This document shows positions 9,968 through 16,091 of a stretch of 25,745 nt of DNA, piece after piece. Below the pieces are notes generated by a model. It searched no databases and had not been told where the DNA came from. It saw only the letters and a program-made list of their open reading frames with translations. The stretch is from Elusimicrobiota bacterium (lineage in GTDB: Bacteria; Elusimicrobiota; Elusimicrobia; Elusimicrobiales; UBA9959), in assembly GCA_036574205.1 (NCBI GenBank), contig JAINCQ010000031.1:1-25745 (forward strand), written 5' to 3'. Position 1 is the first letter of the stretch. The number at the start of each line of letters is the position of its first letter. The position numbers were made by a program, and so were the translations under genes.

Positions 9968-10897
9968 ATGAAAGGAGTTAAAATTATAATTACAATATTT
10001 TTATTAAGATTTCCTTTTGTTTGTTTTGCGGGAGAAGGAACTACTACCGCAAATTTTTTAAAGTTTTCTTATTCTGCCAGGCAATCCTCGCTTGCTGGGG
10101 CTTATAGCGCTATTGGAGATGATTCAAATGCTATTTTTTCAAATCCTGCTGGAATAATAGATGCTGAAAATAAACAACTTGGGGTTGGCTTTGTAAATTA
10201 TTTATTAGATTCAAAGTCAGGATTTATCTCATATAAAACCCAGGCCAAAAATTCTGATATTGCATTTGGAGTTATTGGATTTGAGGTGGATTCCATTGAC
10301 AAAAGAACAAAGGATTATGAAGGGATTGTTCCTTCAGAAGGGAGTTTTAATTCTACTGATATGTCTTTTTTATTTGCGTATGCAAAAAAAGATTTTGCAT
10401 CATCTTTGCTTGATAATTTAAATGCCGGATTTGTTTTTAAGTTTATAAACTCAAAGATAGATTCTTCAAGCGCCCAGTCAATAGCTTTTGACCTTGGTTT
10501 TTTGTATAGATATTCCAGTAATATAAATATTTCTTTTGTTCTTTCAAATCTTGGAACAAAAATGAAATATGAGCAGGAAAGTGATAATATACCTTTGAGT
10601 TTAAAGGCTGGGTTTTTATATAAGATAGATAAAAAAGCCAATATTGTTGCTGAGGTTGAAGAGTTTATTTACGACGAAAAATTCTATCCATCTATTGGAG
10701 CGGAATGGTATTTAAAAGAAAGTTTTGTTTTAAGAGGGGGTTATAGGTTTGGATATGATACATCAAATTTAGGGAGTATGGTAGGATTTGCCGCTGGTTT
10801 TGGAATAATAACAAAAGAGGTTGGTTTTAACTATGCGTATGTCCCATTTGGCGATCTTGGAAATATAAATAGATTTGATATACAGTTAAAATTTTAA
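9968..10897 (+). CDS. PorV/PorQ-family (UPF0164-like) outer-membrane protein
   Basis: Signal peptide; N-terminal FLKFSYSARQSSLAGAYSAIGDDSNAIFSNPAG matches the PorV pattern FL....AR..(G/S)..A..A..D..A...NPA; ends YAYVPFGDLGNINRFDIQLKF. Confidence 0.85.
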   Translation: MKGVKIIITIFLLRFPFVCFAGEGTTTANFLKFSYSARQSSLAGAYSAIGDDSNAIFSNPAGIIDAENKQLGVGFVNYLLDSKSGFISYKTQAKNSDIAFGVIGFEVDSIDKRTKDYEGIVPSEGSFNSTDMSFLFAYAKKDFASSLLDNLNAGFVFKFINSKIDSSSAQSIAFDLGFLYRYSSNINISFVLSNLGTKMKYEQESDNIPLSLKAGFLYKIDKKANIVAEVEEFIYDEKFYPSIGAEWYLKESFVLRGGYRFGYDTSNLGSMVGFAAGFGIITKEVGFNYAYVPFGDLGNINRFDIQLKF

Positions 10898-11115
10898 TTT
10901 TTTAATCTTTGTAGGACTTTTATTCCACTTATTGTTAGGTCAAACTTAATTGAAAAGCAAATATTAATCTTTTAAAATATAATCGGAGGTGTGTTATGAA
11001 AAAATATTTTTTGACAGTATTAAGTGTGTTTTTGACTCTCAGTCTTTATTCTCAAATAGAGGAAGTAGAAATTAGCCAATAAAGGAAACTGAGATTTTAA
11101 ATCCTTCTCCAAAGC
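10651..11115 (+). repeat. 465-bp direct repeat, copy 1 (porV 3' end, intergenic, signal-peptide leader)
   Basis: Matches 12220-12684 (offset 1569) with 6 substitutions and no indels by manual comparison. Confidence 0.97.
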
Positions 11116-11675
11116 CTTCAATTGCAAGAAAAGAAACTAGTTATTTGAGTTTAAATAGGTCAATAAAAAACACTATAAGCCGTTGTGAAAGGGAGAAGAA
11201 AAATCCGATAATAATAGAAAATCTCAAAAAACTATTTATTTATGGAACTTTTGAAGAAAAGATGGATTTTATAAATTCTACTTCTTATGTATTTCCTAAG
11301 AGATTTACTAACTTAGAGCTCAAAGATGGGTTATTGTTGGAGTCTACAAAAGGCCAACTGCAGGTATGTGAGGAAACGAATTGTAGGGTGGTAGAAGACT
11401 GTGCTATTAAGAAAAGATGTGAAGTTGTTACTGGATGTTTGTGTAGCGGGATTATAGGACTTATAGGAGTTTACGTTTGTAAAGATCCTGTAATTGGATT
11501 TATAGGAAGCGCTGCTAGTGATCCAATTTGTACCCTTGTAGAGGAAGAAGTTTGTGAAGATGTAAAAGAATGTGATAATGTGTTAAAATGTGATACTATT
11601 TGTCACTGGGAAAATAGTAGTGATATACAACATGGAGAATGTGTTAATACTCCCTATGGAATGCTTTGTCAATAG
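10996..11675 (+). pseudogene. Secreted Cys-rich protein, frameshifted after the signal peptide (cargo ORF 11145..11675)
   Basis: GGAGG + ATG 10996 gives MKKYFLTVLSVFLTLSLYSQIEEVEISQ* (stop 11080-11082). The -1 frame from 11076 continues PIKETEILNPSPKPSIARKETSY into the 15-Cys ORF. Confidence 0.7.
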
Positions 11676-11690
11676 TTTAGAGGAGAAATT

Positions 11691-11918
11691 ATGAATATTA
11701 TCAAAAGGTTACATAACGATAAAGAATTTAATCATCCTTTTGTTCGTATGAGTAGTATGTGGTTAACAGGAATCTTTCTAATTTTTTATCTAAAACCATC
11801 TGAGAAATATGGTTATTTGAAAGGATTCTTCATAGCACTTATTGTAGCACCATTACCTTATTTTTTATGTATGTTTATTCTTGGAGGTTTATATAAAATA
11901 GTTAAACGGTTGAGATAA
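11691..11918 (+). CDS. Small two-TM membrane protein (75 aa), candidate immunity protein
   Basis: SD GAGGAG, 15 nt after the Cys-rich ORF; two hydrophobic segments; basic C-terminus. Confidence 0.7.
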   Translation: MNIIKRLHNDKEFNHPFVRMSSMWLTGIFLIFYLKPSEKYGYLKGFFIALIVAPLPYFLCMFILGGLYKIVKRLR

Positions 11919-11980
11919 AAGAATATCTTTTGTAGTCGATAAAGTGGAGGTAAACTGCGGGTTTAAGAAATATGGGTAGC

Positions 11981-12219
11981 AAAACCGTTAAACACTTTTA
12001 CCGGTATTTTAATCTGGATGTGTCATTTAACTTGTTTTAATCTCTTTTATCCTTTCTTCTAATATTTTACCCAAATACGTTCATTTTGGGAAAAATCTTT
12101 GTATAAGTCTGTTGATATTCTCTATCGTCCCTTTCTAACTATGATACGGCAAAATATCAAAAACATATTAGACAGATTTAAGAACAAGAAATTACAGAAT
12201 GATACTTGTAGATTATTTG
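11981..12219. repeat. Degenerate relative of the dispersed intergenic element at 13270-13345 and 20285-20495
   Basis: AAAACCGTTAAACACTTTT and TGTCATTTAA..GTTTTAA are shared with 20285-20357; CAAAATATCA.AAACATATT.G..AGATTT is shared with 13270-13299. Confidence 0.65.
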
Positions 12220-12466
12220 TGAGGTTGAAGAGTTTATTTACGACGAAAAATTCTATCCATCTATTGGAGCGAAATGGTATTTAAAAGAAAGTTTTGTTTT
12301 AAGAGGGGGTTATAGGTTTGGATATGATACATCAAATTTAGGGAGTATGGTAGGATTTGCCGCTGGATTTGGAATAATAACAAAAGAGGTTGGTTTTAAC
12401 TATGCGTATGTCCCATTTGGCGATCTTGGAAATATAAATAGATTTGATATTCAGTTAAAATTTTAA
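12220..12466 (+). pseudogene. Duplicated 3' fragment of the porV-like gene (about 81 codons)
   Basis: Encodes EVEEFIYDEKFYPSIGAKWYLKES...DIQLKF*; one E>K change; no start codon. Confidence 0.85.
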
Positions 12467-12684
12467 TTTTTTAATCTTTGTAGGACTTTTATCCCACTTA
12501 TTGTTAGGTCAAACTTAATTGAAAAGCAAATATAAATCTTTTAAAATATAATCGGAGGTATGTTATGAAAAAATATTTTTTGACAGTATTAAGTGTGTTT
12601 TTGACTCTCAGTCTTTATTCTCAAATAGAGGAAGTAGAAATTAGCCAATAAAGGAAACTGAGATTTTAAATCCTTCTCCAAAGC
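12220..12684 (+). repeat. 465-bp direct repeat, copy 2
   Basis: Near-identical to 10651-11115. Confidence 0.97.
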
Positions 12685-13226
12685 TATCTATAGATTTGAA
12701 ATACTCTCAAAAAGCCTATACAAACATATGGATGAATGTTTATTTTAATGAATCTATAAAAGAGATAAGTGGCTATGATTATTCAAAAAGAATAGAGGTA
12801 AATCTAAGGAAGGCTTTTGAAGGAGAGTTTAATGGGAGCGTAAATGTGGAGAATAAATTTGAATGGATTAATATAAGAAAATTTGGCGATTCAATCAGTT
12901 TTTCAAATGCTTCTGGAAATCTAAATGCTAATAAATGGGGGGACAATTATTCCATAAGTGGAAACATAAAAGGCGAGGATGGAAAATATAAGTATATAAG
13001 TCTTACAGTATATAAAAGATTTTCAGATGAATTTTCTTTTGCTATAAATTCATATGGTATAAATATCTATTTTGATAAGTATTCTGTAAATGGTAATTTT
13101 GATGAAACGCTATATTCCAAAAAAACTATTGCTTATATAACATCAATGATTTTTGCAATAGAAATAGACTCAATAAAAAGCAATAAAGCAAATATCCAAA
13201 TAAAAGAAAATTATCTTTTAAACTAA
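12565..13226 (+). pseudogene. Secreted beta-rich hypothetical protein, same frameshift after the signal peptide (cargo ORF 12696..13226)
   Basis: Identical 28-aa leader from ATG 12565 to TAA 12651; the -1 frame gives PIKETEILNPSPK then LSIDLKYSQKAY..., an unrelated Cys-free cargo. Confidence 0.7.
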
Positions 13227-13447
13227 ACTCAATTATTGAGATCTGCTATTAATAATTTGTTTTTTATTGCAAAATATCAGAAACATATTGGGTAGATTTT
13301 TAAGGCCGCTGGAGCCGTGAAATAATATTTGTAAATCTATTGAAAAGTGTGTAATAAAAAATAGATATATCTCCCATAACGAATTGACCGGCTCGGTCAG
13401 CCTGACGCTCACTTTAGGGGTGCTCAAATTGTCCCTTCCTCTTAAAT

Positions 13448-13656
13448 CTCCTCACTCTGACCCTCTCCAAAAAAGGAGGGGGAAATTTGTGTAACAGGAA
13501 GATAGATGCTCTTTAGAATTGAAAATAGCATAAACAAGTGTTAAAATCCCTTCCCCCTTGATGGGGGAAGGTGAAGGATGAGGGTGAAAAATTAAATCAC
13601 TTTGCTGACACTTGTTTCCCTCTCCCTTGATGGGAAAGGATTAAGGTGAGGGTGAA
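13448..13656. repeat. Cluster of three BoxC/REP-like palindromic repeats
   Basis: 13448-13482 CTCCTCACTCTGACCCTCTCC-AAAAAA-GGAGGGGG, facing two opposite-orientation units at 13547-13588 and 13617-13656 ending TGAGGGTGAA. Confidence 0.8.
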
Positions 13657-13672
13657 ACTCATAAGAAGTCCA

Positions 13673-13704
13673 ACCTGCCTGTGCGTGTTTACGCGCAAAC
13701 AGGT
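13673..13704. repeat. GC-rich imperfect palindrome ACCTGCCTGTGCGTGTTTACGCGCAAACAGGT
   Basis: ACCTG/CAGGT outer stem with inner stem; a degenerate relative lies near 20991-21023. Confidence 0.55.
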
Positions 13705-13731
13705 ATGTATTGATATGATATCTTACAATAC

Positions 13732-13768
13732 TTGACATAACAGTTTAGTATTTGCTAAACTACTAAAT
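13732..13768 (+). promoter_or_regulatory. Sigma70 promoter (probably leaderless) overlapped by an inverted-repeat operator
   Basis: TTGACA 13732-13737, 18 bp, TGn-TAAACT 13756-13761, ATG 7 nt later, no SD; IRs AGTTTAGTA/TGCTAAACT (13742-13761) and TTTAGTA-N10-TACTAAA (13744-13767). Confidence 0.7.
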
Positions 13769-14083
13769 ATGAAAGTAAAAAAAGATATCTTTGAAAAAGC
13801 AAAAAAAATATCCAGGATTTTAGATTGCATTTCTTCCCCTATCAGATTAATGATTTTATGTATGCTTATAGAAGGAGAAAAAAATGTAAGTGAAATACTT
13901 GAAAAAATAGGCACTACTAAAGGAAATATGTCACAACATTTAAGGATTCTTACTGAAAATGCATTGCTTGATAATAGGAGAGAGGGAAACAAAGTATTTT
14001 ATTTTATAAAAGATAAAAAGATTACAAGAATACTTTCTGAAATAAAAAATCTTTATTGCCCTGACTTAAATTTTGATTTATAG
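13769..14083 (+). CDS. ArsR/SmtB-family repressor of the persulfide-sensing BigR/SqrR/YgaV type
   Basis: wHTH with SQHL; both signature cysteines present (RLMILCML and KNLYCP), as in YgaV RLLILCML...KNVYCP. Confidence 0.88.
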   Translation: MKVKKDIFEKAKKISRILDCISSPIRLMILCMLIEGEKNVSEILEKIGTTKGNMSQHLRILTENALLDNRREGNKVFYFIKDKKITRILSEIKNLYCPDLNFDL

Positions 14084-14086
14084 TAA

Positions 14087-14105
14087 CAGGTTTTCATAAA
14101 ACCTG
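14087..14105. promoter_or_regulatory. Perfect 8-3-8 inverted repeat between regulator and tusA
   Basis: CAGGTTTT-CAT-AAAACCTG directly before the tusA SD AGGAGG; no U-tract follows. Confidence 0.4.
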
Positions 14106-14120
14106 AGAGAAGGAGGAAAA

Positions 14121-14366
14121 ATGGATCTTAATTCAATAAAGCCAGCAAAAGTTGTTGATGCCAGAAGTATGGCCTGTCCCGGACCTCTTCTTGAAGCTAA
14201 GAAAGGTATAGCGCTTGTTAAAGTTGGAGAAGTGCTTGAAATACAATCAGGTGATAAGGGTTCAAGAGAAGATATTCCCGCATGGTGTTCAAAAACAGGA
14301 CATGAATATTTAGGCTATATTGAAAGAGATGGATATGATAGCCTATATGTTCTGAGAAAAAAATGA
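14121..14366 (+). CDS. tusA: TusA/SirA-family sulfur carrier protein
   Basis: VDARSMACPGP (CPxP), GEVLEI..D.GS..DIPAWC..TGH; 81 aa. Confidence 0.93.
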   Translation: MDLNSIKPAKVVDARSMACPGPLLEAKKGIALVKVGEVLEIQSGDKGSREDIPAWCSKTGHEYLGYIERDGYDSLYVLRKK

Positions 14367-14403
14367 TATAACATGGATGAATACTTATTTGTCATAAATT
14401 TTT

Positions 14404-14787
14404 ATGTCTGAAAAAAAACCCAAAATACTTATTATAACTACAAATCATAGCTCCTATCCTGGGGCAAATGCCGTAGGACAGGCCCGTCTTTCATATGACT
14501 CAAATACTTATATAATAAGAGTTCCTGACCCGGTAATGTTTCCTGAAAATTTCTATATAAAAGCTTTTGAAAAAGGAATATCAGGAATAATAATAATGTC
14601 CAGTGGGTCTGACTGTCCTTATGAGGGAGCATATGAAAGATTATCTAGAAGAGTGCAAAATGTATATAAACTTATGAAAGAGAAAAATATACCTATTAAT
14701 AGACTTAAGTTGACTACAATTTGTACTGTTTGTAGAGAGGCCTTCTTAAAAGAAATTTCTGATATGCAAAAGGTGGTATTTCAATGA
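14404..14787 (+). CDS. MvhD/FlpD-like (hydrogenase iron-sulfur subunit delta) protein, divergent
   Basis: SYPGANAVGQARLSY...IIRVP...AFEKGISGII...DCPY...RLKL follows the MvhD pattern; most ligand Cys replaced; CTVC near the C-terminus. Confidence 0.8.
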   Translation: MSEKKPKILIITTNHSSYPGANAVGQARLSYDSNTYIIRVPDPVMFPENFYIKAFEKGISGIIIMSSGSDCPYEGAYERLSRRVQNVYKLMKEKNIPINRLKLTTICTVCREAFLKEISDMQKVVFQ

Positions 14788-16079
14788 AAGAAAAAATAGA
14801 ATATAACTGTGACGCTCTTGTAATAGGAGCTGGTATAGCAGGGATGCAGGCCGCTCTTGATATAGGTGATGCTGGATTTGATGTGATTATGGTTGAAAAG
14901 TCTCCCAGTATAGGCGGAAAGATGATATCTTTAAGCAAGGTCTTTCCTACTCTTGATTGCGCAAGCTGTATTACAACGCCAAAAATGGCTGCTTCTTCAC
15001 ACCATCCAAGAGTTAAAATGATGACTTATAGCGAAGTTAAAAATATTTCAAAAAACTCTGAAGGTTTTGAAGCTTTGATAATTAAAAAACCAAGATTTGT
15101 TATAGAAAGCGAATGTATATCTTGCAAAAAATGCGAGGAAGCCTGTCCAGTTTATCTCACGGATGAATTTGAATATGGTCTTGGTGTTAAAAAAGCTATT
15201 TCTATTCCTTTCACAAATGCGATACCTCAAATTCCAGTTTTAGATGAGCAAAAATGTATAAGATGTGGGGCTTGCGCAAGAGTGTGTCCAAAGGATTGTA
15301 TAGATTACTTGCAAAAACCGCAAGAAATAATTGTAAAGGCTAAATCAGTAATAATAGCAACTGGCTATGAAATAACTCCTATGAATGCCAAAAAAGAATA
15401 TGGGGAAAATAAATTATTAAATGTAATATCGCCTCTTCAAGCAGAAAGATTACTTGCCCCGCATGGACCATATGGTAAAGTGTTAAGACCATCTGATGGT
15501 AAAATACCTGATTCAATTGCTTATGTTCAGTGCGCTGGTTCAAGAGATGAAAGTATAGGTATACCATATTGTTCAAGAGTTTGTTGTATGTATGCTATAA
15601 AACAGGCTATGTTACTTGCAGGTGCTTTGCCGTTAAGCGAAATTACTATTTACTATATGGATATAAGAGCTTTTGGGAAGAATTATGAGCAGTTTTATAA
15701 TCAAGCCCGCGCTATGGGGATAAATTTTGTAAAAGCAAAAGTGGCTAAAATAACCGAAGATAGTCAGCATAATGTAATATTGAGGATAGATAGACAGGAG
15801 GATGGTTCAAAACCTCAGGAGGTTAAGCATGATCTTGTGGTCCTTTCACAAGGTCTTATTCCTTCAAGAAAAGATTTTTTTGGCCTTGACTTAAAACTTA
15901 ATGAATATGGTTTTATAGATTCTCCTTTTAAAACTTCTTCTCCGTCTTTAACAAATATTGAAGGTGTTTTTGTGGCAGGAGTAGCATCAGGACCTAAAGA
16001 TATACCAGATACTATAATGGAGGCTGGTTCAGCAGCGATGGAGGCAGTAAATTATCTTAAATCAGTTAAAACTTCTTGA
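14784..16079 (+). CDS. hdrA: HdrA-like flavoprotein I (FAD domain with inserted 2x[4Fe-4S] ferredoxin)
   Basis: GAGIAG FAD motif, KVFPTLDCASC, CISCKKCEEACP, CIRCGACARVCP, QCAGSRD...YCSRVCC, GPKDIP. Confidence 0.93.
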   Translation: MKEKIEYNCDALVIGAGIAGMQAALDIGDAGFDVIMVEKSPSIGGKMISLSKVFPTLDCASCITTPKMAASSHHPRVKMMTYSEVKNISKNSEGFEALIIKKPRFVIESECISCKKCEEACPVYLTDEFEYGLGVKKAISIPFTNAIPQIPVLDEQKCIRCGACARVCPKDCIDYLQKPQEIIVKAKSVIIATGYEITPMNAKKEYGENKLLNVISPLQAERLLAPHGPYGKVLRPSDGKIPDSIAYVQCAGSRDESIGIPYCSRVCCMYAIKQAMLLAGALPLSEITIYYMDIRAFGKNYEQFYNQARAMGINFVKAKVAKITEDSQHNVILRIDRQEDGSKPQEVKHDLVVLSQGLIPSRKDFFGLDLKLNEYGFIDSPFKTSSPSLTNIEGVFVAGVASGPKDIPDTIMEAGSAAMEAVNYLKSVKTS

Positions 16080-16091
16080 TAAGAGGGTAAA

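Noticed and set aside
10315..10641. 108-aa minus ORF
   Set aside because: Antisense shadow of the porV-like gene.
12099..12284. 61-aa plus ORF
   Set aside because: TTG start without SD; crosses the repeat junction out of frame with the porV fragment.
13233..13427. 64-aa minus ORF
   Set aside because: Lies in the repeated intergenic element; the paralogous copy near 20430-20495 hits a stop in the equivalent frame.
13430..13710. CRISPR array, tRNA or IS element
   Set aside because: Repeats are few, mixed in orientation and irregularly spaced; no cloverleaf, cas gene or transposase seen in the window.
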